Source: Actinomycetes bacterium (GTDB lineage Bacteria; Actinomycetota; Thermoleophilia; BMS3ABIN01). From it: DNA of 41,352 bases. Below the pieces are notes generated by a model. It was not told the DNA's origin, searched no databases, and worked only from the letters and a program-made list of their open reading frames with translations. The DNA lies in the NCBI GenBank assembly GCA_021790075.1, contig JAJYIN010000002.1, positions 1 through 41,352 on the forward strand, read 5' to 3'. The position numbers and the translations under genes were made by a program. Of this stretch, positions 7,577 to 15,339 are shown in pieces. Each line of letters opens with the position of its first letter. Position 1 is the first letter of the stretch.

Positions 7577-8720
7577 CTGCTCTTGCCTCCTGTCCCAGTC
7601 TCAACCTGAGTTCGGCAGTAATCCGCTCGAAATCGCGCTTGAATCCCAGCTTGGAGCGGTTGGTCCGCCCTCCCATCAAAAGCTCATCCGACTTGCCGAT
7701 TTTCAGCCAGATACGCCGGTGCGGGAAATACAGCCCGATCGTGATTCCCACCATCATCATCGCAAAACCCAGGTAGATCAGGGTCTTGCCGGGACGCCGG
7801 CTGATCTCGATCACGCTGACGTAACCGCGGCTTGACTGGTAATAACTCGATTGATAAAAATTCGTCCCCTCCACCTTGAGCAGGTCGAGAAAGGAAGACG
7901 TCAACCGCAACGGGCCGTTGACGGTGATCGTCTGCCGGACCACCTGCTGCCCCCCATCCAGGACCTGCAGGTCGGTGGAATAGAGGGATGGCCTGTAACT
8001 GACAATCCGGTTGCCGTCATAAACCGGATCGGATTTCATATTGAACCCGTAGCTCTTGAGCTGGTAATCCGTGTTGGGAACGTTGATGGTGGCGCCGTCC
8101 GGGACGTCGAGACGTTCCTGAAAACCAAAGACCGCGCCACTGATCGCTCCTATACAGATTACCAGAAAACTAAGATGAAACATTAGTGAGGAAAGACCGG
8201 AAAAGCGGCCCTTTTGCGCCAGCACCGAGCCGCTCTCACCTGCATGGAGCCGGTAACGCGAGCCCTTGAGCAGATCCCGGGCGGCCCCCATCCCCTTCTC
8301 GCCGGCCCCCTCGAAACTGGCGGCTTCCGGCTGGTTGGCCACAAAAGCGTCCTTGACGTCTAAACGCAGCTTAAAAGCATGCTTGACCGTGGTGGGAAGG
8401 CGGTTGAGGATGCAGACCGAAAGGTTCGCCATCAGCAGCGTCAGGAGGGACATGAACCACCAGGAAGTGTACATGTTGAAGAGGCCCAGGAAGTTGTAGA
8501 AATTGTACAGCGGGTTCTTGACCCAGTCCGACTGGAGGGCTTCCTCACCTTGGGGAATGATCGTGCCTATGATCGAGAGGATGGCAATGATGAACAGCAG
8601 CGTCAGCGCCAGCTTCATGGAGATGAGGAAATGGAAGATCCTCATCCCTAATGGAGGCGCCGGCTTTGACACCTCGGCTGTCTCGGATATGGCGCTCATT
8701 TCTTTGACGGAATCAGACAT
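7569..8720 (-). CDS. resB: Cytochrome c biogenesis System II protein (ResB/Ccs1/CcsB)
   Basis: The N-terminal FLISMKLALTLLFIIA helix, a large extracytoplasmic domain and a C-terminal TM segment match the family. It overlaps the resC start by 8 nt. Confidence 0.85.
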   Translation of the reverse strand: MSDSVKEMSAISETAEVSKPAPPLGMRIFHFLISMKLALTLLFIIAILSIIGTIIPQGEEALQSDWVKNPLYNFYNFLGLFNMYTSWWFMSLLTLLMANLSVCILNRLPTTVKHAFKLRLDVKDAFVANQPEAASFEGAGEKGMGAARDLLKGSRYRLHAGESGSVLAQKGRFSGLSSLMFHLSFLVICIGAISGAVFGFQERLDVPDGATINVPNTDYQLKSYGFNMKSDPVYDGNRIVSYRPSLYSTDLQVLDGGQQVVRQTITVNGPLRLTSSFLDLLKVEGTNFYQSSYYQSSRGYVSVIEISRRPGKTLIYLGFAMMMVGITIGLYFPHRRIWLKIGKSDELLMGGRTNRSKLGFKRDFERITAELRLRLGQEARADG

Positions 8721-8741
8721 ATGACGTCATGCCAAGCGGGC

Positions 8742-9782
8742 CTAGGGTGCATCACCCTTGATAAAGGCTTTCTTGAAACTGGCAGCCTGTGACGGATCCG
8801 GCTGTGGCAGGGTGTCGGGCAGTTGCCATATTTGGATGCGGTTGTTCATCCGGTCGCAGATATAGAAACGTTTGGTGGAAGTTATTGCTATGCCGTCCGG
8901 AAAATTGACTTGGCCGTTCTGATCGCCCTTCTCCCCAAAAACGGATACCACGTCGCCGTCTTGGGTCAGGACGACAAACTGGTTGTTGAAATTGTCGGAT
9001 ACATAGACATTCCCGTCGGGTCCAAGCGCAATACCTTTCGGCAAACCGAAGGGACTGGTAATGTTGCCGTTGACATCGGGAGAACCCACCATCCAGCGAA
9101 CCTGCCCGCTGGAGTTGAGGGCGACGATGCGCCGGTTGAGTGAATCGGCCACGAAGAAATTGCCGGTATTGGGATCGACAACAATTCCTTCAGCGTAATT
9201 GAACTGGCCCTTATCCTTACCTTGCTTATCCGTGCCCCAGTGGCCTACATACTTGCCGTCGGCGTCAAAGATATATATGCCCGCCCAACTGGTCACATAT
9301 TCCTTGTCTCCGTAAATGGCAATTCCGTAAGGGGCAAACAGCTGACCGGCGGGGAAGTCCTTGGGGTCACGGGGAAGATTGAACTGGAAATCCCCGGCCT
9401 TGTTGAGAACCCGGACACCCCGGAAGTTGTAGTCGCATACGTACACGCGGTCCCGCGAGTCGTCAACGGCGATGTCGGCCATGTTGGCACGGAACTGGAG
9501 TGGATTCCCATCCTGGTCCTTGGTATCCACTTTAAATTGGAAATTGCCATCCTTGTCGTAAACATCAACTTCCGATTTGCCAGTGTTGCTAACATAGATG
9601 TTCTGGTCGACATCGGTGGCTACTCCAAAAGGAGCCAACACACCATAGATGGAAGTAATATAGCTGAAACCCCCGCTGATCGCCTGGGTCTGGGGAGTCT
9701 TGCGGGCAAGCAAAACCGCCACCAGTGCCAGCACGACTACCAGAACCCCCAGGACTATCAGCCTGCCTTTATACTTGCTCAT
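8742..9782 (-). CDS. Membrane-anchored NHL-repeat beta-propeller protein
   Basis: It has an N-terminal TM helix (LIVLGVLVVVLALVAVLLA). Repeated G.A.D..GN.YV.D..N.RV/I blocks (for example IYVSNTGKSEVDVYDKDG, VYVCDYNFRGVRVL, FFVADSLNRRIVAL, VYVSDNFNNQFVVL, FYICDRMNNRIQIW) follow. Confidence 0.85.
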   Translation of the reverse strand: MSKYKGRLIVLGVLVVVLALVAVLLARKTPQTQAISGGFSYITSIYGVLAPFGVATDVDQNIYVSNTGKSEVDVYDKDGNFQFKVDTKDQDGNPLQFRANMADIAVDDSRDRVYVCDYNFRGVRVLNKAGDFQFNLPRDPKDFPAGQLFAPYGIAIYGDKEYVTSWAGIYIFDADGKYVGHWGTDKQGKDKGQFNYAEGIVVDPNTGNFFVADSLNRRIVALNSSGQVRWMVGSPDVNGNITSPFGLPKGIALGPDGNVYVSDNFNNQFVVLTQDGDVVSVFGEKGDQNGQVNFPDGIAITSTKRFYICDRMNNRIQIWQLPDTLPQPDPSQAASFKKAFIKGDAP

Positions 9783-9816
9783 TGTTCAAACCGCCTTGTT
9801 CTTATAGCAAACAAAC

Positions 9817-10419
9817 TCATGTTGATACCCGCTTGATCGCGTTCTGCAGATCCTGGTCGTTGGGGTTGAACTGAGCCGCCGCCTGGTATTCCTTCAGGGC
9901 GCCGGCCTTGTCCCCCTGCTGCTCGAGAATCTGCCCCATCAGGTAATGTGAAGTCCAGGTAATGTCACCGTCAGCAAACGACTTCTGCAGATCGCCCTTG
10001 GCGGCGTCGAGGCTGCCCCGGTTGAATTCCAGCTGCGCCATCTGGTAATAGGCTTCATACTTTTGACCACTGGAATAGGCGTCGGCAGCATGGGAAAACT
10101 GGTCTATGGCATTGTCGAGGTCACCTTTCTTCTCATAGGCCACGCCCATTTTCAGCAGGAGGATGGGCTGATTGGGCGCTTGTGAGAGGGCCGTCTGCAG
10201 TTCGCGGATGGCGTCGTCATACCGGCCGGCGTCCAGATAGGCGGCGCCGAGGTTCGCGCGCAAAGTCGGATCATCGGGTTTATCGTTAACAGCCTTCTCA
10301 AATTTTTCTATGTTGAGCTGGGTAGCTGTAGGAGCCGTGCCCGGCCGCAGGTAAAAGAACAGGGTAACGCCCAAAGCAATGACGGCGGCGGCGATGGCAA
10401 TGTTGATTATCTTGGACAA
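9817..10419 (-). CDS. Membrane-anchored TPR-repeat protein
   Basis: An N-terminal TM helix is followed by about 4 TPR units (LGAAYLDAGRYDDAIRELQTAL, MGVAYEKKGDLDNAIDQF, and others). A TTG start lies 6 nt after GAGGAG. Confidence 0.8.
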   Translation of the reverse strand: MSKIINIAIAAAVIALGVTLFFYLRPGTAPTATQLNIEKFEKAVNDKPDDPTLRANLGAAYLDAGRYDDAIRELQTALSQAPNQPILLLKMGVAYEKKGDLDNAIDQFSHAADAYSSGQKYEAYYQMAQLEFNRGSLDAAKGDLQKSFADGDITWTSHYLMGQILEQQGDKAGALKEYQAAAQFNPNDQDLQNAIKRVST

Positions 10420-10539
10420 GAAGTTCTCCTCAGAAATATCCGAAAAAGAAATGTTATGGGTTAACCGGCGAAGATGTTTGCGCCCCCGCTGTCCTGGCGG
10501 CTAGATTCATTATGCATCAACCTCATGGCGAAACCAAAT

Positions 10540-11079
10540 TTAACGCTCTTGGATCGGGGTTGTAGGGGTATTGGCATTACTGGGCAAGAAAATTCCCTGG
10601 ATTTTCCAGCGCCCTTCCTCCTCCACTAATGCCAGATCCAGTTTCACGTGATCTCCGGCCGGCTTGGAAAGCGCCTGGCCGGTGCTCGAGTCTACGTAAT
10701 AGCTGTTGTCGTCGAATTCCGCCACCACCTGGGCGATGGGGTAATTGTAGTCGTCCAGCCGCACCTGCAGGTTCTGGTAGTCACGCTTCTTGTATTTCCC
10801 CGCCGCCAGGTCCTGATTGATGGTGTTGGTGGCATCCTGAAGCGCGGTTCCCTTCATGGCCTGGGACAGAACGCTGGTGTCCTTGCCGGCGCTGGCAATC
10901 AGGTTCAGGTCGGCGGTAGCGTCGGCCACGACCTGGTCCTTGACCTGCTGGGATGGATCGTGCGCCGATGTCGCCGTGGTATCGACGGTATCGGGCTGGG
11001 TGCCTGAACCCCCGGAACCACACGATATAGCAACGAGAGCCAGAACGAGAACCAGAGGAACTGCTATAAACCGCATCAA
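10540..11079 (-). CDS. Lipoprotein of unknown function
   Basis: The signal peptide has a lipobox (LALVAISC-GSGGSG). The mature domain of about 155 aa ends in an NTF2/Tim44-like strand pattern (HVKLDLALVEEEGRWKIQG). Confidence 0.65.
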   Translation of the reverse strand: MMRFIAVPLVLVLALVAISCGSGGSGTQPDTVDTTATSAHDPSQQVKDQVVADATADLNLIASAGKDTSVLSQAMKGTALQDATNTINQDLAAGKYKKRDYQNLQVRLDDYNYPIAQVVAEFDDNSYYVDSSTGQALSKPAGDHVKLDLALVEEEGRWKIQGIFLPSNANTPTTPIQER

Positions 11080-11111
11080 CTTCGTTTTAATTCCTTATCT
11101 TTCCAATTTTT

Positions 11112-11138
11112 GGGGAGGCACCTCAAGGGTGCCTCCCC
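11112..11138 (-). terminator. Perfect 11-bp GC-rich hairpin 30 nt after the hexahaem cytochrome stop (I-shaped terminator or mRNA-stabilising stem)
   Basis: The sequence is GGGGAGGCACC-TCAAG-GGTGCCTCCCC. No U-tract follows on the minus strand, so its function as a terminator is uncertain. Confidence 0.5.
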
Positions 11139-11167
11139 ATATTCTACCTTCTACCAACCGGCCCGGA

Positions 11168-12280
11168 TTAGGGCAGTGAACCCTTGCTATGGCATCCAAT
11201 GCAGATGCCGTCACCATTGCTGGTGAGCAGATACGGGTTCGAACTCGTGTGCGGGAAGTCCAGAGAAGTCGGATCGTTACTCGGATTTCCGTGGCACGAA
11301 GCGCAGAACGGCGGGTGGTTCTGGTGAACCACGCCTGATGCATCCGCGGTCTTGTTGAGCACCTTCTGGTCGTGGCAGGCTTCGCAGAACCCTTCGAACG
11401 TCGTCACCGGCGTCGTCGTGTGGTTCGGCCGCGCGGACAGCAGGAAGTACGACTGCACTTTGGCGAACGCAGTCGTATTGATGAACTGCTGACCCCACGC
11501 GTTGTCCGGGATGTTGTCCGGACCCGCCGCGCCGGTCGCGTTGTTGACGGTGTCAGTGCCGTCGACAGAACCATGAGGTGTGTGGCAAGAAGCGCAGTAG
11601 AGGCCCTTGGTGCCATTGTAGGTAGTCGCGTTGCCGTTATTGTAACGAGGCATGCCGTTAGAGCCGGCCGCGTAGGCGCCGGGGAACTGGCCCGTGCCCA
11701 GGCCGCTGGCCATCACCACCAGCGGGTTGGTGCCGCTGGGGATGGCGTCAGTGACCCTCACCAGCGTGCCGTCGAGCATGACGCCCAGGCTGTGGCCTGG
11801 AATCGCGTCGATACTGGTGGTATTACCACTGATCGGCGCGCTCCGCATGTTCTTCTGGTAGGCGGCATAGGACGAGACCGTCGGCAGCTGCGGCTGGTTC
11901 GGGCTGTTGGGCTCGCCGTACGTGCCCGTCGGGCCCAGGATCGACTGGGTCAGATCAGGCGGCGCATCGGTCCAGCCGAAACGCATGGTGTTGGGAGCCG
12001 CCGGATTCTCCGGAATCGGCGCCTGATCGCCGAACAGGCCGTGGCAGGTACCGCAAGTACCGGTGACCGTAGCCTCGCGCGTCAACACGTAATCACCCTG
12101 TGCGTCGTGAGGCTCGTGACACTGCAGACACGTGTTGGTCGAAGAACTGTAACCACCGTGAGGGCTAATGTCGCCAGCGACGAGGGGACCGGCTGCGGTT
12201 TCGGCCATGGCTGAAGAGGCGAAAGCCAAGATCAGCACGACAGGGAGAGCAACCGCGACTATAAGCGCTATCCTTTTCAT
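11168..12280 (-). CDS. Secreted hexahaem c-type cytochrome with OmcS-like motif layout
   Basis: Six CxxCH motifs are present (CLQCH, CGTCH, CASCH, CEACH, CASCH, CIGCH). The Sec signal is MKRIALIVAVALPVVLILAFASSAMA|E. I chose the start at the ATG at 12280, 11 nt after AGGAGG; the track ORF extends to 12337 without an SD. Confidence 0.9.
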   Translation of the reverse strand: MKRIALIVAVALPVVLILAFASSAMAETAAGPLVAGDISPHGGYSSSTNTCLQCHEPHDAQGDYVLTREATVTGTCGTCHGLFGDQAPIPENPAAPNTMRFGWTDAPPDLTQSILGPTGTYGEPNSPNQPQLPTVSSYAAYQKNMRSAPISGNTTSIDAIPGHSLGVMLDGTLVRVTDAIPSGTNPLVVMASGLGTGQFPGAYAAGSNGMPRYNNGNATTYNGTKGLYCASCHTPHGSVDGTDTVNNATGAAGPDNIPDNAWGQQFINTTAFAKVQSYFLLSARPNHTTTPVTTFEGFCEACHDQKVLNKTADASGVVHQNHPPFCASCHGNPSNDPTSLDFPHTSSNPYLLTSNGDGICIGCHSKGSLP

Positions 12281-12312
12281 ATATGTAGACACCTCCTTTC
12301 GCCTTGGAATAA

Positions 12313-12350
12313 TTGTCATCTTTGTGAATAACATCACAAATAAATGACAA
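12313..12350. promoter_or_regulatory. CRP/FNR-family-type operator: a perfect TGTGA-N6-TCACA inside a 38-bp imperfect palindrome
   Basis: TGTGA lies at 12323-12327 and TCACA at 12334-12338. They are flanked by TTGTCAT (12313-12319) and ATGACAA (12344-12350). The site sits 43-58 nt upstream of the cytochrome start codon. Confidence 0.5.
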
Positions 12351-12578
12351 CACCTTGTCGTCCAGGCGCAATGGCGGGCCAGTCTATAACTGGTTCAACA
12401 AAGGCGCGGACGAAATGGCCAAACGAGGTTGCAGTTAGCCTGCTGCTGGATGGGACCTACCTATCCCATGTCGTGTGAGGACTTTCGTGGTGTTGTGGCA
12501 CTTTATCAACAATCCGCTTCCGCTCGAGTGTCCGCTTTTGTAACCGCTGAGACTGCAACGCATACTACCCTGGGTATG

Positions 12579-12607
12579 AAGATACAGGCTGATCAGGATT
12601 TTGTCAA
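12579..12607 (-). promoter_or_regulatory. Candidate sigma-70-type promoter for the cytochrome / accessory / resBC operon
   Basis: On the minus strand, TTGACA (12607-12602) is followed by a 17-nt spacer and TATCTT (12584-12579). This would give a leader of about 290 nt. Confidence 0.45.
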
Positions 12608-12925
12608 TAACCCCGGGGGGGTAATTAGGACTAAATCCGTTCAGTAACTTTTATCCTTCAGACCCCTATACCCAGTGTGAGCATTTACGGGAATGAATCG
12701 CGCAAGTTTGAGGATGCTCCGCAACTCATGCCAGTATAGCCTAAAAAGCCCGTACCAAAGCGGTTTTTCCTCAAATGGCAAAGAAAGGAAAAAGCGCAAC
12801 ATAAGACTCGCCGACCTCTGGTACTCTGCCAACCAGAAATTTTAGCCGTCCGGGGATGAATAAAATATCGGGGAATTCCCCTATACAGAAACGGCGGCAA
12901 AACACAACAGGTGAATCATTAGCAC

Positions 12926-13567
12926 TCAGCAGCGCGCCAGGTAGAGGATGTCTGTATAAGGACGCCGGGTCGGCATTTCCACCACGCTGGGCGCGAATCC
13001 CGCCCCCTCAAGCGCCTCAAGCGCCTGCCTGCGGCTGAGGAAACAGAGGCGCTCCCGCTTTCCCTGCGTCACTCCAATGCTCGTGGCCAGCAGTTCCTGA
13101 AAATGGGTCCAGGCGTATTTCCAGCGCGGCGAGGTCTCCTGCGCCTTCCAGACCAGCAACCCGCCCGGCTTCAATTTCTGCCTGCAAATATTCAATATTT
13201 CTTCCTGCTCCTGCCGAGGCAGCAGATACATGACGTCCACGATGGTGATGACGTCGCAGGGGGACAGATCCGCTGTCAGGATGTCGCCGCAGAGAAAACG
13301 GATGCCGTCCCTCTTCCCCACGGTGGCCTGGGCGTGCCCGATTTTTTCGCAGGAAAGGTCGATGCCGGTAACATGCCGGTGACGCGAATCCAGCGCCATC
13401 ATGTTGGCAAACAGGCCGTGCCCGCAGCCCAGGTCGAGGATGTCCCCGGCATCAGGCACGTGGCGCTCGACGAAGTCGAGGTCGCTCAGCAGCACACGCG
13501 TCCGCAGGAAGGCCCTGGTGGCCAGCGGCGCCGCCCGGTAGAGTTTGAGCGCTTCAGTTGCCTTCAA
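12926..13567 (-). CDS. Class I SAM-dependent methyltransferase
   Basis: Motif I is ILDLGCGHGLF, followed by an acidic loop GIDLS and motif LKPGGLLV. It overlaps the upstream gene by 14 nt. Confidence 0.8.
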   Translation of the reverse strand: MKATEALKLYRAAPLATRAFLRTRVLLSDLDFVERHVPDAGDILDLGCGHGLFANMMALDSRHRHVTGIDLSCEKIGHAQATVGKRDGIRFLCGDILTADLSPCDVITIVDVMYLLPRQEQEEILNICRQKLKPGGLLVWKAQETSPRWKYAWTHFQELLATSIGVTQGKRERLCFLSRRQALEALEGAGFAPSVVEMPTRRPYTDILYLARC

Positions 13568-15056
13568 GCGACACGCTCCTGGTCTTCCAGTCCACCATCA
13601 CCGAGTTCTGACCCGGCTGCCGGTCCATGAAGCGAAGCACCTGGTCCCAGGCCAGGGGCAGGTCTTTTTCCTGGCCGCCACCGGCAGGTTTCAAGTACCC
13701 TTCGAAAATGACCACATGCCTGATGGCGGGACCGAGCCCGATACTGACGGCATTCTCCTCGGTCGGATCGAAGCTGAGACTCTGATACTGCGGCAGATAG
13801 TATCTTACCTGCTGGTCATCGAAGACGGCGACGATAAGCGTGTCCGCGGGGTTGAACCCGGCTCTTATGGTATCCACGCGCGAGCGGAGGATCTCATCCC
13901 GCGCCGCCAGCTTGTTGGCGCTGAACTGCGGCGTGAAAACAAGAAAGAGCAGCAGGTTGCAGACGGTCAGGAGGCCGGCGGTCAGCATCAGGAATCTCTT
14001 CCTGGCGTCCGCGCGGCTGGTGGCAGCATCAGCAAGCCATGTCAACCCCCAGGCCGAGGCCAGCAGGGCCGCCGGCAGGAAGCTGAAAACGTACCCGAAC
14101 TCGCCAACGTGGACGAATGCATAAAAAAGGACGCTGGGGACGATCCAGACAGCCAGGAACCAGAACCGGCGGTCATGCAGAACCGGCCGCCATCGTTTCC
14201 GCGTGAGGCCGGCGATGAACCAGGCCATGAGCGGCAACGCCGCCGCCAGGGCCCAGGCCAGGAAAGTCCATAATGCCCTCAGGTTGGCGCCCAGCGCCCC
14301 GAGCCCGCCGCCCAGTACGGATGAAAAGCGCAGCAGGTAGTCGCTCTGGGCCGATGACGCTTGCTGGTAGGCGGTAAAGCCACCCGAGAGCAGTGCGGAG
14401 GGAACATACCACGCCAGAACGCCCGCCGCCAGCAGGGCGAGCGCGCCGGCGATCCTCCAGGCCGGTTTCCGGTACAGGCCAACCAGCAGAAGGGGAAACA
14501 GGAAAGGGAGCAGGTCCTGGCGGAAGCCGGAAGCAATGCCCAGCAGAAGGCCGGCCGGAAGCACATAGGCCTGATTCCCATCCCAGGTGCGGTAGATGAC
14601 GCCGGCGGTCACAATGCTGAGAAACGCCAGCAGCGTATAGGGATAGGCGACCTCGCTGTACGCCCAAAAGCTCAGGCTGGTAGCTAGTAACAATGCTGCG
14701 ATCAACCCTACTTCGCGGCCGAAAACGCTCCGCCCCAGCCAGTAGAGGGCGGCGGAGGCCGCGGCCGCGAAAAAGACGCTTACCCATACCAGGGCGGCGT
14801 TGGGGTCGCTGATGAACTGATGGACCAGCCAGACGGTGCCCACGTAAAAGATGTGCCCCGGAGGTTGCGGCTGCCCGCGGGTCACGTCGAAATGTTCGAT
14901 GGCCCTGGTGTAGAGCACCGAGTCCCACGCGTATAGCATGGTGGTGCGGAAAGGAATCCGCGATAGGAAAGTCGCGAGAAAAAGGGCTGTGGTTATCGGC
15001 CAGTCCGGCATGGCCCACGGCCGGCCAGGACCGGGGGGAGAAGAACCCGGCTTCAT
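13554..15056 (-). CDS. Polytopic GT-C-fold membrane glycosyltransferase-like protein (ArnT/PMT/DUF2723-like) with a C-terminal soluble domain
   Basis: It has about 11-12 hydrophobic helices. The first-loop motif YAWDSVLYTRAIEHF...PPGHIFYV resembles GT-C families. The ATG at 15056 overlaps the dihaem cytochrome stop as ATGA. Confidence 0.55.
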   Translation of the reverse strand: MKPGSSPPGPGRPWAMPDWPITTALFLATFLSRIPFRTTMLYAWDSVLYTRAIEHFDVTRGQPQPPGHIFYVGTVWLVHQFISDPNAALVWVSVFFAAAASAALYWLGRSVFGREVGLIAALLLATSLSFWAYSEVAYPYTLLAFLSIVTAGVIYRTWDGNQAYVLPAGLLLGIASGFRQDLLPFLFPLLLVGLYRKPAWRIAGALALLAAGVLAWYVPSALLSGGFTAYQQASSAQSDYLLRFSSVLGGGLGALGANLRALWTFLAWALAAALPLMAWFIAGLTRKRWRPVLHDRRFWFLAVWIVPSVLFYAFVHVGEFGYVFSFLPAALLASAWGLTWLADAATSRADARKRFLMLTAGLLTVCNLLLFLVFTPQFSANKLAARDEILRSRVDTIRAGFNPADTLIVAVFDDQQVRYYLPQYQSLSFDPTEENAVSIGLGPAIRHVVIFEGYLKPAGGGQEKDLPLAWDQVLRFMDRQPGQNSVMVDWKTRSVSLEGN

Positions 15057-15298
15057 CTGGTTTCCCCTGTGGCTGTCCCAGTGGTCTGCTGGACGGGGTG
15101 ACAGGAAGTGCAATCCGGTTTCCGGGGATGGTCGGTCTTCGGCGCTCCCTTGACACCCGCCTCATGGCAGCTGTCGCAATCCTTATAGACGCCGGCGCCG
15201 GGGTGGCCTGCCGGTGGCGGCGAAGAACCGGTGAGGGCGCAGGCCCAGGCCGAAAAAGCCAGCACCAGGACTGCCGCCACGATTAGAATTGTTTTCAA
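15053..15298 (-). CDS. Small membrane-anchored or lipoprotein dihaem c-type cytochrome
   Basis: The 81-aa product has an N-terminal hydrophobic segment (ILIVAAVLVLAFSAWAC) and two CxxCH motifs (CDSCH, CTSCH). A TTG start lies 6 nt after GGGGAGGGG. Confidence 0.75.
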   Translation of the reverse strand: MKTILIVAAVLVLAFSAWACALTGSSPPPAGHPGAGVYKDCDSCHEAGVKGAPKTDHPRKPDCTSCHPVQQTTGTATGETR

Positions 15299-15339
15299 GA
15301 AGGGCCCCTCCCCGGTAGCCAGGGCTGACGCCGGCAGCC

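Noticed and set aside
12281-12337. The longer start for the hexahaem cytochrome (MMLFTKMTIIPRRKEVSTY...).
   Set aside because: It has no SD and would bury the CRP-like palindrome in coding sequence. The ATG at 12280 has AGGAGG upstream and yields a canonical signal peptide.
12281-12578. A possible cyclic-di-GMP/cGAMP (GEMM) riboswitch in the cytochrome leader, by analogy with Geobacter cytochrome genes.
   Set aside because: I could not find the conserved GEMM-I features on either strand (ACGCACAGGGCAAACC-like P1 with tetraloop, GGGACGCAAAGCC-like segment). It is left as an unidentified leader rather than a named riboswitch.
12429-12900. ORFs of 63-72 aa on both strands inside the low-GC spacer.
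   Set aside because: They have no SD, their Cys/Arg/Phe-rich translated sequences resemble no protein family I recognise, and they overlap one another. They are more consistent with non-coding sequence.
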